Translations under genes and position numbers: made by a program
Shown here: in pieces, positions 10,734 through 20,190 of the stretch
Numbering within the stretch: position 1 is the stretch's first letter
Layout: every line of letters begins with the position of its first letter
Notes under the pieces: generated by a model
Told to the model about the DNA's origin: nothing
Database searches by the model: none
What the model saw: only the letters and a program-made list of their open reading frames with translations
Source: Acidobacteriota bacterium
Lineage (GTDB): Bacteria; Acidobacteriota; UBA6911; RPQK01; JADFOI01
DNA length: 64,000 bases
Assembly: GCA_963663035.1 (NCBI GenBank)
Contig: OY760074.1
Coordinates: 2,656,001 to 2,720,000, forward strand
Direction of reading: 5' to 3'

Positions 10734-12086
10734 TTATACTCCTACTAATTCTTCCAGGTTATTGTGAGCCTTGGCCCGAGCTTCACGACGCAGAGCCTCA
10801 AAGAATCGGCTTCGCCGTCGATTGACCGTCTCTGGCTCGTAGAGGCTGCTCACAAGGGAGTGGAGTCCCTGTCGAAGCTCCTCCCGAGACATCTTCTTGG
10901 GAACAAAGTTGACATCAAACAAGGTACAGCGGCTCCAGTTGGTGGGCTCAAGGAGTCTTCCTTCCGCTAACAGCCTGTCGTAAAGCGGTGTTCCCGGAAA
11001 TGGCGTGAGAACGGTCACCTGGACCTCGAACAAGTTTGACCTCAGGACGAAGTCATGGACCTGTTCAAATATGGCCGGCGTGTGGTTATCCAGACCCAGG
11101 ACCAAGCAGCCATTAACGGTAATCCCAAAAGACTGAATCCGACGGATCGACTCCAGGTAAGAGTTGGCGCTTCGTGCCTTGAAGTTTGCTTTCGTCTCGA
11201 TACCTTCCAGAGATGCGGCGTCAGGACTCTCCAGCCCGATCAGGACTTGCCGGCATCCTGCCTGCGCCATCAGCTCCAGAAGCTCAGGATCATCGGCGAC
11301 AGTGATGTCCGTTTCGGTGAACCATTTGATGCCAAGAGGAACCAGTGCCCTGCACAGTTGTTTGCCCCACCGCTTGTCCACAAATGTATTGTCATCAGCA
11401 AACTCAATAAAAGGGTGTGCCCTCAACTCCAATATCGCCTGAATATCGCGGACGATCTTGCTTACCGGCCGCTTGCGGTAACCCAACCCCAGTGTCACCG
11501 TTGAGGCGCAAAAGTCGCACAGCCAGGGACAGCCTCTGGAGGTTTGAACAGTGAAGCGATTGTAGGGCCTCTGCTCGAGCAGGTCATAACGCGGAATAGG
11601 CAAGATGTCGAGATTCACCAAACCCTCCTTTGCCGAATCCCATTGTTCACCCGTTCTTCCCTGTTCCACTGACCTCACCACAGCAGGCCATACCCGCTCT
11701 CCCTCTCCCACAATGACATGATCAACATAACGCGCAGCCTCCTCGGGCACAGCGGAAACATGCAGCCCGCCCATGGCGACCACCACGCCCCTTTTCCTCA
11801 AGCGGGAAGCGATGCGATAGGCTTCCTGAACCTGGGCTGAGAACGTACTGATGGCAACCAGGTCACAGCCGTAGATCTCCTCCGGCTCGCTGAGGTCACC
11901 CTCAGCCTCGAAGTAATGGAGCTCGTGGCCCGCAGGCGTCACTGCTGCCAGGTAAAGGAGTCCCAAGCTCGGCAGCGTGGCAATCACTCGGCTTCGCTCC
12001 ACAAATCCGGGCAATGTGAGACCCAGTTTCATCAACTCTTCGTCTCGCACCCGTACACCACTCATGGCCAGAAATCCGATTTTCAT
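10734..12086 (-). CDS. Cobalamin-binding radical SAM protein
   Basis: B12-binding N-domain (MGGLHVS, VIVGEGE); SRGCPWLCDFC CxxxCxxC; TPFPGTPLY. Confidence 0.93.
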   Translation of the reverse strand: MKIGFLAMSGVRVRDEELMKLGLTLPGFVERSRVIATLPSLGLLYLAAVTPAGHELHYFEAEGDLSEPEEIYGCDLVAISTFSAQVQEAYRIASRLRKRGVVVAMGGLHVSAVPEEAARYVDHVIVGEGERVWPAVVRSVEQGRTGEQWDSAKEGLVNLDILPIPRYDLLEQRPYNRFTVQTSRGCPWLCDFCASTVTLGLGYRKRPVSKIVRDIQAILELRAHPFIEFADDNTFVDKRWGKQLCRALVPLGIKWFTETDITVADDPELLELMAQAGCRQVLIGLESPDAASLEGIETKANFKARSANSYLESIRRIQSFGITVNGCLVLGLDNHTPAIFEQVHDFVLRSNLFEVQVTVLTPFPGTPLYDRLLAEGRLLEPTNWSRCTLFDVNFVPKKMSREELRQGLHSLVSSLYEPETVNRRRSRFFEALRREARAKAHNNLEELVGV

Positions 12087-12180
12087 CTTTTCTCCTTTCC
12101 TCCCCGATACTTGAGGAGCGTTCCCTTTTTCGGCAGCTCGGTTCCCTTTGCAGACCCAAACCCGAGAAGCCTCCCACTAA

Positions 12181-12198
12181 TGAGTGAACATTCACTCA
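12181..12198. promoter_or_regulatory. Putative TetR operator upstream of the radical SAM operon
   Basis: Palindrome TGAGTGAA-CA-TTCACTCA; near-identical site at the tetR start. Confidence 0.75.
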
Positions 12199-12220
12199 CA
12201 ACCCAAGCCCAAAAAAAAAA

Positions 12221-12790
12221 TCAACCTTCCAGCACTCGCCAGGCTGCCGCTGAAAGGGTATCGGCCAGACTTGTCAGACTCTGTTCGATTCTGCCGTAGA
12301 TCTTGATTACCGCTATTTGCAGCACAAGACCGACCACCATTGAACTGGCCACATAGACATCCATTCGCGGAATTTTGCCTTCATCCATTCCTCGTCCGAT
12401 GACCTCCCGCATCACATCTACAGGTTTCTTCATCTCCGGCGGAATGCTTTTATTGTGTTCATGCTGCGAGAGTAATAAGTAACTGAACATCACCCAGTCC
12501 TCGTCGAACTTGTGGCAAAAGTAGTGGATCATGGCATCCAGTTTTTCTTGAAGAGTTTGTTCCTTCTTCTGCACTTCGTCGAGTGCTCGGGTAAAGCTTC
12601 GTAAATTCGTGATAAACAGATCCCAGGACAGCGCTTCTTTGCTTTTGTAGTGCCGATAAAGAGTCCCCTCAGCAATCTGAGCCGCTGCTGCGATGTCGCG
12701 GATCCTGGTTTCCTTAATTCCTTTCTCAACAAAAAGCTTCAGCGCAGTCCGGGCGATCAGCTCTTTTGTTGTGAGTGAGCGTTCATTCAC
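12221..12790 (-). CDS. TetR/AcrR family regulator (probable leaderless GTG start at 12790)
   Basis: ALKLFVEKG...IRDIAAAAQIAEGTLYRHYKSKEAL helix-turn-helix. Confidence 0.9.
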   Translation of the reverse strand: MNERSLTTKELIARTALKLFVEKGIKETRIRDIAAAAQIAEGTLYRHYKSKEALSWDLFITNLRSFTRALDEVQKKEQTLQEKLDAMIHYFCHKFDEDWVMFSYLLLSQHEHNKSIPPEMKKPVDVMREVIGRGMDEGKIPRMDVYVASSMVVGLVLQIAVIKIYGRIEQSLTSLADTLSAAAWRVLEG

Positions 12791-12826
12791 ATTCAGAGTG
12801 TAGCTGGGGCTCGTTTCTCTTGTCAA
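12771..12826 (-). promoter_or_regulatory. Sigma70 promoter and overlapping operator of tetR
   Basis: TTGACA-18nt-TACACT-6nt-GTG; imperfect palindrome GTGAATGAACGCTCACTCAC covers the start codon. Confidence 0.7.
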
Positions 12827-12897
12827 CCACTTTTTAAATTATTTTTTGATCAGAAGGCCACCTGAATAATCTTCTGGGGTTCTACACACAGAACTTC

Positions 12898-13764
12898 TTA
12901 CAATCCAGTCGTGTCCAGAAGACCCTGTTCTAGAGCTTCTAGTAACAGCAAGTTTTCATCGAATGAGTCCGAATAAGGTCCTTTTGTCATGTTTTCAGCC
13001 AATCGGAATTGATCGCGCTTCCCCGTTTCTTGGGCAGGTATGTCAATGAGAACTTGCTTCGTCTCCTCTGTTGCCAACTGAGCAATGTCTCGCCCAAGAA
13101 GGCGTGCTCCAGCCCGCTCATAATCAAACTCGTCAGCCTTTAAAAGATCATCATGCTCACGAAATAACCGCTCTTGGTGAGTACCAATGTCCATGTAGAC
13201 TCTTAAAAGAAAAGCTAAGTCGAGAGCATCCTTCCCGCGCTCCATGGGTCGGTCGCTCCAGGCAATGAGTTTAAGCGTAGCAAGACCAGCCGGGGTTGCC
13301 ACGAGCACATCTAGTGTTGGGTTAGACCGTAGTCGAACCAAGTGGGCATTTTGATATGCGTCCTCAAATCCGACCACCCTCATTCTTATACTCTGATCTG
13401 GAGGCCAGGCGATTTCGTTTTCCTGTCCCTGAATGTCGCCAAAAGGAACAATGTCTACAGGAATGCCGTTCTGGTAAAGGAGCCGTTGGGTTTCCCTGGT
13501 CGACTCAAAGCCGTCGATCTGGAGCAGCTCCTCTTTTAAGCGTCCAAATTCGGCCCAGTCAGAGACTTGAACCGCTAAATCGATATTCTCGGTTGCCCGT
13601 CCAACAGCAATTCCGTACCCATAGTGAAGGATTAGATCTCGGGCGGTGGCTCCGACAAGAAAAAAACGCATGTCATTCGCAAGAGCAATCGTCACGATCG
13701 CATCCAATATTGCGAGGGTCAACGCGTCAATCTTCCCTGATAAGTCCAGTAAGTTCGCGCTCAT
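12898..13764 (-). CDS. Type IV TA toxin, AbiEii-like nucleotidyltransferase
   Basis: FLVGATARDL...RATENIDLAV, DIVPFG, LKLIAW, KDALDL; overlaps upstream antitoxin. Confidence 0.85.
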   Translation of the reverse strand: MSANLLDLSGKIDALTLAILDAIVTIALANDMRFFLVGATARDLILHYGYGIAVGRATENIDLAVQVSDWAEFGRLKEELLQIDGFESTRETQRLLYQNGIPVDIVPFGDIQGQENEIAWPPDQSIRMRVVGFEDAYQNAHLVRLRSNPTLDVLVATPAGLATLKLIAWSDRPMERGKDALDLAFLLRVYMDIGTHQERLFREHDDLLKADEFDYERAGARLLGRDIAQLATEETKQVLIDIPAQETGKRDQFRLAENMTKGPYSDSFDENLLLLEALEQGLLDTTGL

Positions 13765-14794
13765 AGACAAGTTGTGCTGTTTCGATGTTCCTCGGGTCTC
13801 CGGTGGCTAAAAGGTCCGCATAGACGAGCAAAGGGGGGACCATTTCTCGGTTAACCCGATCCCATTCTACATCCCAGAAGGCCCTTAATAGCTCTATATT
13901 GCCATCTGGGTCTTTTCGGAGCCTATAAGCGAGTTGTAGCTCAGCAGTCGGTTCTCTGGCATAGATTGTGATCATTTCCGGCTTGAGGTATTGAGTCAGC
14001 TGCCGGGCTGCAACCTCACCACCCCAATAGGCCTTGAAATCGTTTAACGGTGCCTCTTTCCACCAATCAGTGTCTGTAGTGCAGAATCTTCCCATGAGCA
14101 ACTTGGGTCTCAACCGCTCGGGGTAAGTTGTCACCCAACGGTCCATGAGTTTCTTCCGATTTACAAGTTTACGACCACGTTTCCCCATGTCCACAAGGTA
14201 GCCCAGTTCCTTCAGGTCGGTGACCACCCAACCAACGGTGCCTAACGCCACATCGGCTGCTTTTGCAATTTCACGATAAGGAGCGGCTACAAGCGCAGGG
14301 TTGCAAAGAAATGCGAAAACCACCCTCAACCCAGTCTGCTGGAATGCGCGCGTCATTGGCTTTTTCGCTAATTTTTCAGGAGGCCTGTTACCCTTTATAA
14401 ATATAAACACAGGCGGTACGTTCAGATAGGCGTTTCCCGCGGCATCAAGAAAGGGGAGATCCATCTGCTTCAATCTGTCCGCCATGCGTGGATTCACATA
14501 GTTTGTAACAAGCATCCCTTGCTGAGGGAATCCAGTCAGACGCTGGGTCACCGCACCCAAGATAGTGTTGGTCAAACGGAGCTTCAATTCGACTATGAAC
14601 TCTTCGTCTATTTCGCGGGTCCTGAGCCGAACTAAGGCATCGACTTTGTGACCGTGGTAGTCCAGTTGCGCATTCTGCTGTTCCACCTCAATGCGAAGAC
14701 CGGTGGCTGCACGAAAGGCGTTTATAGCGCGTTCGAGGAGTTCTGCTTCCTGAAGATGTGTTTTTGCAAGATGACGATGCATGAGCTTGTACAC
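13727..14794 (-). CDS. Type IV TA antitoxin, AbiEi family
   Basis: FLDAAGNAYL, YREIAKAADVALGTV HTH, WGGEVAA, PLLVYADLLATGDPRNIETA. Confidence 0.88.
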   Translation of the reverse strand: MYKLMHRHLAKTHLQEAELLERAINAFRAATGLRIEVEQQNAQLDYHGHKVDALVRLRTREIDEEFIVELKLRLTNTILGAVTQRLTGFPQQGMLVTNYVNPRMADRLKQMDLPFLDAAGNAYLNVPPVFIFIKGNRPPEKLAKKPMTRAFQQTGLRVVFAFLCNPALVAAPYREIAKAADVALGTVGWVVTDLKELGYLVDMGKRGRKLVNRKKLMDRWVTTYPERLRPKLLMGRFCTTDTDWWKEAPLNDFKAYWGGEVAARQLTQYLKPEMITIYAREPTAELQLAYRLRKDPDGNIELLRAFWDVEWDRVNREMVPPLLVYADLLATGDPRNIETAQLVYERELTGLIRED

Positions 14795-14801
14795 TATTCA
14801 T

Positions 14802-14964
14802 ACATGTTCATTATTAATGAACATAGATTAAGAATGAACAAACGAAATCGTTTCGTTCGTTACTGTCTGTAGATTACGGACAGTAACACTAAATTAAACA
14901 ACAAGTTACATATGTACTTAGGACTACACGTTCATTATTCTAACATGTTCATTATTAATGAACA
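14802..14964. promoter_or_regulatory. Two identical 22-bp palindromic operators upstream of abiEi
   Basis: acatgttcattattaatgaaca at 14802-14823 and 14943-14964 (core TGTTCATTA-T-TAATGAACA). Confidence 0.75.
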
Positions 14965-15100
14965 ATAACAAATAATGGACATGGGAGCGGAAGGGGCCAA
15001 AAAAATTGGGACTCAGTCCTGCACGAAAACCAAACGCCCACTATTTTCTAGAATCCCCCACTTTATCGTTGCTGCCCAGCACTCGATCTGCGTTTAATCC

Positions 15101-16282
15101 TTATAAGGGATCAAACTTATTGGCTCCAGCCATGGCCACACCGATGGGGTGGAGCGTATGCAGCACTTCAATGGTCGGATTATGGAACTCCAGAACCTCG
15201 GGCAGCCGCTTGTAGCAGTGAGGAGATTCGTCTGTCCCGGCACCACGCAAGACAACGCCTGCCTTGGAGATCCAATCCATCATCATTTTTTGGCTGATGG
15301 CCCCTTCAGACATTTTGATGCGCTTGCCTCTCTTCCAGCGAAACTTGCCAGCCGCTTGTCGTCTAGACATGACTCGCCCGGCACCGTGAACCGTCGAATA
15401 GAGAGCCTTCTTGCTTTCCTCGCTCTCGACCCCCTGCACGATCACGGAGATATCTCCCATGCTTCCACCGATGAACCCCTTCTGGCCGGGAAAGGCAGGA
15501 GTCGCTCCTTTGCGCACCACCCACAGGTCCTTGCCGTTGTGGTTCTCTCTCCAGGCAAAGTTATGATGGTTATGAACCTCTTCCAGGATATGGGCCCCCA
15601 AGATGGAGGCTACCTTGGAGCAGACCCAATCACGGCCCGCATACGCATAGCGTCCGGCAAGCTTCATCCCTGCCACATATTCCTGACCTTCCTGGCTATC
15701 CACGGATAGCAAGGCCGGATCGACATGCATTCCATCCTGGCCTCCTGCCAAGCGAAGGAAGTGGGTGGCGATCTTATGTCCCATGCCGCGAGATCCGAAA
15801 TGAACCCCGCACCACACTCGCCCGGATTCATCCAGGAACAGATCGACATAGTGATTTCCGCTTCCCACAGTTCCCAACTGGCTCCGAGCAAGATCCTTCA
15901 AGTGACCCACCGCCTTGATATCCCAAGCCGGGTCGTCCTCGAACAACTCGTGCTCCACTCTTTCTTTGTTCTTTTGGCCCACACCAAAGGAGATCTCCTT
16001 CCAGATATTATCCATGAGGGTGTCAATGTTGGCGCGCACCTCACCGGCCTCCGCATCCAGAAGAACCGCTTTGTTCCCACAGGCGATGTCAAACCCAACT
16101 CCGGACGGACTCACCTGATCTTGGTAGGCAACCACTCCACCAATCGGAACGGCATACCCTAAATGACAGTCAGCCATCAGCGCACAGTAGTCCGCTGTCT
16201 TTTGACAATTGAGAATCTGCTTAAACGCGTTGTCCTCGGGTTCTCCCCAAATGGGAATTCCGTTTCTTTCAATAAATGGCAT
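15101..16282 (-). CDS. rtcB: RtcB family 3'-phosphate/5'-OH RNA ligase
   Basis: MADCHLGY, VGFDIACG, LGTVGSGNHY, HNHHNFAW, RKGATPA, HGAGRVMSR, DESPHCYK. Confidence 0.95.
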   Translation of the reverse strand: MPFIERNGIPIWGEPEDNAFKQILNCQKTADYCALMADCHLGYAVPIGGVVAYQDQVSPSGVGFDIACGNKAVLLDAEAGEVRANIDTLMDNIWKEISFGVGQKNKERVEHELFEDDPAWDIKAVGHLKDLARSQLGTVGSGNHYVDLFLDESGRVWCGVHFGSRGMGHKIATHFLRLAGGQDGMHVDPALLSVDSQEGQEYVAGMKLAGRYAYAGRDWVCSKVASILGAHILEEVHNHHNFAWRENHNGKDLWVVRKGATPAFPGQKGFIGGSMGDISVIVQGVESEESKKALYSTVHGAGRVMSRRQAAGKFRWKRGKRIKMSEGAISQKMMMDWISKAGVVLRGAGTDESPHCYKRLPEVLEFHNPTIEVLHTLHPIGVAMAGANKFDPL

Positions 16283-16769
16283 TGCTCTTCTTCTTGCCAG
16301 TGCAAACTCGGGGTGAGATGTTCCGGTTTGAACCGGGAGAATCTGATCCCAATCTTACACCCCATTTCGTTATAGAGATCATGAGAAAGCAAAGCCAGCG
16401 AGACAGTGACGCTTTTTTAGGTGTCACAAGGCGCCAAAGTGTGAACAATCATTGCAAATAGCACCCACCCACCCGGACTGTTTGGACATGAAGTTGGACA
16501 TCCGCATTGTCAAAGACAGCGAAGTCACCGACCTGGTCTTGTGCGATTTGGTTGCCCACCGTCGAGTTCGGGCCCGGAAGCTAGTTCCCTATCGACTGGT
16601 TTCAGCCGCCTGCCTGAAACAATCGTCGACAGCAATGGAAGCTTGAGTTTGGGGAGATGTGGAAAATCGACACGTTTCTCGAAAATTCGGTAAATGTGTG
16701 GAGACGTCCCAAATCTTCCATCATGGCGTCTGGGTGCGAAAGACAAGCGGGCAGAAGGCGGCCGTCTTT

Positions 16770-16914
16770 CATGAAAAACGGTGACAGGCCCTGAAAAATT
16801 ATTTTTCACAGATGATTCCATGAAAAACCGTGACCTTCCGTGAAATACACTGATCTCATCCACCAATCGGTGAAAAACGGTTGCACAAGCTCAATCGCAT
16901 GAAAAACGATGACC
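16770..16914 (+). repeat. Array of six phased TGAAAAAC-like direct repeats
   Basis: TGAAA(A/T)A at 16772, 16792, 16821, 16841, 16871, 16900; three copies read catgaaaaacNNtgac. Confidence 0.7.
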
Positions 16915-17017
16915 AGCTCTGCGAAAGAGACAGAAGTATTCTGGCTTCTCTGAACAGAGGTTGCAGTAATACATTACACTCAGTAGCCAGATCAAAAACA
17001 AGAGGAGGAGAACCACG

Positions 17018-17593
17018 GTGATTCTTACAAAACGCTTCCTCGATGCAGTTGAGTATGCTTTTTACCTTCATGCGGGACAGAAGAGAAAAGGCACGAAAAC
17101 TCCTTACATTTCCCACCTCATGGGTGTTTTTTCCCTCGTGCTTGAGCATGGAGGCAGCCAGGATGAAGCCATCGCGGCCTTGCTTCATGATGCTGTTGAG
17201 GATCAGGGTGGGAAGGACACTTTGGAGGCGATCCACACCCTTTTTGGTGCTAAGGTAGCGACCATCGTTAAAGGATGCACGGATGCCTTTGACACTCCCA
17301 AGCCTCCCTGGAAACAGCGCAAGGAGAAGTATCTTAAGCATCTGCGCAAGACCAGAAACAAGTCTGTGCGACTGGTCTCTGCGTCAGACAAATTACACAA
17401 TGCCAGAGCGATCCTGGCTGACTATCGGCAGCTCAAGGAGAAACTCTGGAAGCGGTTTAATGTCGGTAAGGACGAGCACTTATGGTATTACCGGGAACTG
17501 GTGAAGGTCTTTAGAAGAAAGGGGCCTCGTTCCCTGGCGGTCGAACTGGAATTCGTGGTGACTGAATTGAAGGTCCTCACCGACGACGAGTGA
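17018..17593 (+). CDS. HD-domain small alarmone hydrolase (Mesh1/SpoT hydrolase-like)
   Basis: HAGQKRKG.TPYISHL, ALLHDAVEDQ, SDKLHNAR; AGGAGG RBS. Confidence 0.88.
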   Translation: MILTKRFLDAVEYAFYLHAGQKRKGTKTPYISHLMGVFSLVLEHGGSQDEAIAALLHDAVEDQGGKDTLEAIHTLFGAKVATIVKGCTDAFDTPKPPWKQRKEKYLKHLRKTRNKSVRLVSASDKLHNARAILADYRQLKEKLWKRFNVGKDEHLWYYRELVKVFRRKGPRSLAVELEFVVTELKVLTDDE

Positions 17594-17694
17594 AAACACA
17601 TCTGATTCCTCCTGACCTCGCTGCTGCATACCAAGCGCTTTTCGAGCTGAGATCCATTAGCCTCAAGAACCCAATTCCTATATCCTACGTCCTC

Positions 17695-19863
17695 ATGAAA
17701 TTGTCCTTTGGCACCCGTTGTCTCATTTTCATCCTCTTTGCCGGGTGTTCCCAGCTCTTTTCTGCTCCCCAGGGAACGGTGGAGCGCGAGCTGCTGGCCG
17801 TTCGCGTCCAGGAACCTCCGGTTTTAGATGGCGTTCTGGACGAGGCCCTTTGGGACTCTGCCCAGAGTACGGAAGTCTTCAGGCAAAAAGAACCCACCGA
17901 AGGTCAAGACAGCTCGGAGCCCACCTCTGTGAAGGTCGTCTATACCGAGGACGCCTTGTTCATCGGTATCGTTTGCCTCGATTCCTCGCCTGCCGGGATT
18001 GTGCCTTCGGAACTCCGGAGGGATGGAGATCTCAACAAAGACGATAGTGTTTGGATTCTCCTGGATTCGTTCCACGATCACCGTAACGCCTTTCTCTTTG
18101 CCACCAATACACTGGGAACTCAGTACGATGCACTGGTGATCAACGAAGGGGAAGAAACCAACACAGGCTGGGATGAGGTGTGGACAGTGGCGTCCCATCG
18201 CAACGAAGAGGGGTGGAGCGCTGAATTTGAGATCCCCTTTGAGATTCTGAGGCTGGGAGGCTCGGATAACCTGGTTGGAATCGAATTTCAACGCGTGATC
18301 CGGCGCAAGAATGAGATTGTTTTTTGGAATTCATGGGAGCGGGATTTTCGATTCGAGGAAGTTTCGCGGGCCGGCCATCTGGCCGGACTGGAGAACTTTG
18401 AACTCGCTCACCCCTGGCGCATGAAGGGCTATCTTCTGGGCGGAGCCGGGGAAAGGGGTGACGCCGGCTGGGAGAACCGCTCGGATGTGGGCATCGACGA
18501 CCTGAAATGGAGAATGACTCCCACCCTCACTGCGGATATGACCCTGAACACGGATTTTGGCCAGGTCGAGGTGGATGCTCAGCAAGCCAACTTCTCCACT
18601 CCCCGCGACCAGCTCTTTTTCCCCGAAAAGAGGGAGTTTTTTCTGGAAGGAGCGGGATTTTTTGATGTCAGCGCCCGCACCGAGGAGAACCGATTCGAGT
18701 CCACCTTTCAGAACTTCTTCAGCCGCCGGATCGGCATTTCTGCTCAGGAGAACATCATCACACCCATCTGGGGGGGCGCCAAACTCACAGGCAGACTGGG
18801 CGGGGTGTCCATCGGGGCACTGAACATGCAGACCCAGGAGGAGGGGCTAACAGCCGGCAACAATTACAGCGTTTTTCGAATCCGCCAGGATCTCTTTTCC
18901 CGCTCCAGCATCGGGGGTATTTTTACCAACCGTTCCGGTGGCGGGAGTTTCAATCGGACCTCTGGGTTGGATACTCGCGTAATCTTGCTCGACAACGTGA
19001 CACTGGAGGGATTCTTTCTTCGTTCGAGCACACCAGGAGTCTCAGGAGAAGAGGATGCCTACCATGGCAAGGGGTACTGGAGAAGCGACTTGTGGGATCT
19101 CGGAGTGGGTCATTTGGTCCTGGAACCCAATTTCAATGCGGAGATGGGCTTTGTGACGCGCTCCAGCACCCGCAAGACGATCGGCGACATTGCCTTCAAA
19201 CCCCGCCCCCCCGTCAGCTGGCTCCGCCAGATTCAGCTGCGGGCCTTTTACGAATACTACGCAACTCCGGACAATAAAGTGACACAAAAGGTGATTCACT
19301 ATCCGATGCTGTTTCAATTTGAAAGTGGAGACAGCATACGAGTTGCACCACACTACCGGGCCGATCGTCTCTTTCAATCGATCGAACTGGCTCCCGGTGT
19401 TGTGGTGCCTCCCGGGGACTACGCTGGAACGAGTGTGTCCTTCCGCTATACCGTTGATCCCTCACGTCAGCTGGCCGGGGACGTCACTTACTTCTTTCAA
19501 ACCAACTATTTTGGAGGCAAACGCTGGTTCCTGCGTTTCATCCCTCAGTGGAAACCCACTCCTTCCCTGATCGTGGATCTGACCTACAATATGGACTCGA
19601 TCGAGGTGCCGATTGCCGAGAGGTTTTACAGCCATATCGTCAATCTGGGCGTGAACTATTCTCTGAGTACCCGCCTCTTGACCAGTACCATCGTTCAATA
19701 CAACAACACCCGTGAGATCAAAGGGATCAATTTCCGGCTAAACTACATCTACAGGCCCGGGGACGATTTCTTCCTGGTTTACAGAGATACCCGCAACGGG
19801 CTCAATCCCCAGTTCAGCGACCGAGCTTTCCTGGTCAAGTTCACGCGCTCCTTTGATTTCTGA
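17695..19863 (+). CDS. CBM9-like / DUF5916 outer-membrane beta-barrel protein
   Basis: PVLDGVLDE, LDSFHDHRNA, WSAEFEIPF, NTDFGQVEVD, FFPEKREFFLEG; C-terminal Phe. Confidence 0.88.
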   Translation: MKLSFGTRCLIFILFAGCSQLFSAPQGTVERELLAVRVQEPPVLDGVLDEALWDSAQSTEVFRQKEPTEGQDSSEPTSVKVVYTEDALFIGIVCLDSSPAGIVPSELRRDGDLNKDDSVWILLDSFHDHRNAFLFATNTLGTQYDALVINEGEETNTGWDEVWTVASHRNEEGWSAEFEIPFEILRLGGSDNLVGIEFQRVIRRKNEIVFWNSWERDFRFEEVSRAGHLAGLENFELAHPWRMKGYLLGGAGERGDAGWENRSDVGIDDLKWRMTPTLTADMTLNTDFGQVEVDAQQANFSTPRDQLFFPEKREFFLEGAGFFDVSARTEENRFESTFQNFFSRRIGISAQENIITPIWGGAKLTGRLGGVSIGALNMQTQEEGLTAGNNYSVFRIRQDLFSRSSIGGIFTNRSGGGSFNRTSGLDTRVILLDNVTLEGFFLRSSTPGVSGEEDAYHGKGYWRSDLWDLGVGHLVLEPNFNAEMGFVTRSSTRKTIGDIAFKPRPPVSWLRQIQLRAFYEYYATPDNKVTQKVIHYPMLFQFESGDSIRVAPHYRADRLFQSIELAPGVVVPPGDYAGTSVSFRYTVDPSRQLAGDVTYFFQTNYFGGKRWFLRFIPQWKPTPSLIVDLTYNMDSIEVPIAERFYSHIVNLGVNYSLSTRLLTSTIVQYNNTREIKGINFRLNYIYRPGDDFFLVYRDTRNGLNPQFSDRAFLVKFTRSFDF

Positions 19864-20190
19864 GCTGCGTCTTCATTGGCCCATCAAAACACTTCTATTC
19901 CCAACGAAGTTGGTGAGTCATGGATTGCTTTTTTGCCCGTTTTAGGACATAGTGCACGACCGTTAGGAGCGTCCGTCAGCGATTTTCGAGCTGTATTGGT
20001 TGCAGCCTTTCTGATGCGAGACCTCCGCTATTGTGATGGTTTGGTGGGAGGTGGCCGTGAGCGAATCGTCTGCCCCTGCCCGATATTCCTGGGCATAGAG
20101 AGAGACAATCAGTCCAGGGCCGTACCAGGGTGTCCGGCCCTGGACCTATAAATTCAAACTTTTCCGGGGGAACCCCTGATCGGAACAACA

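Noticed and set aside
12791-12826. TTG start of tetR at 12826
   Set aside because: That TTG is part of the TTGACA -35 box; GTG 12790 fits better
6320-16720. GGGAC/GTCCC short palindromes near 6328, 9126, 15008 and 16700 as a REP family
   Set aside because: Short, divergent and few; cannot be separated from chance without a genome-wide count
16283-16770. Sigma54 promoter or Y RNA upstream of rtcB
   Set aside because: No TGGC-N-TTGC box with correct spacing on the minus strand and no tRNA-like fold recognised
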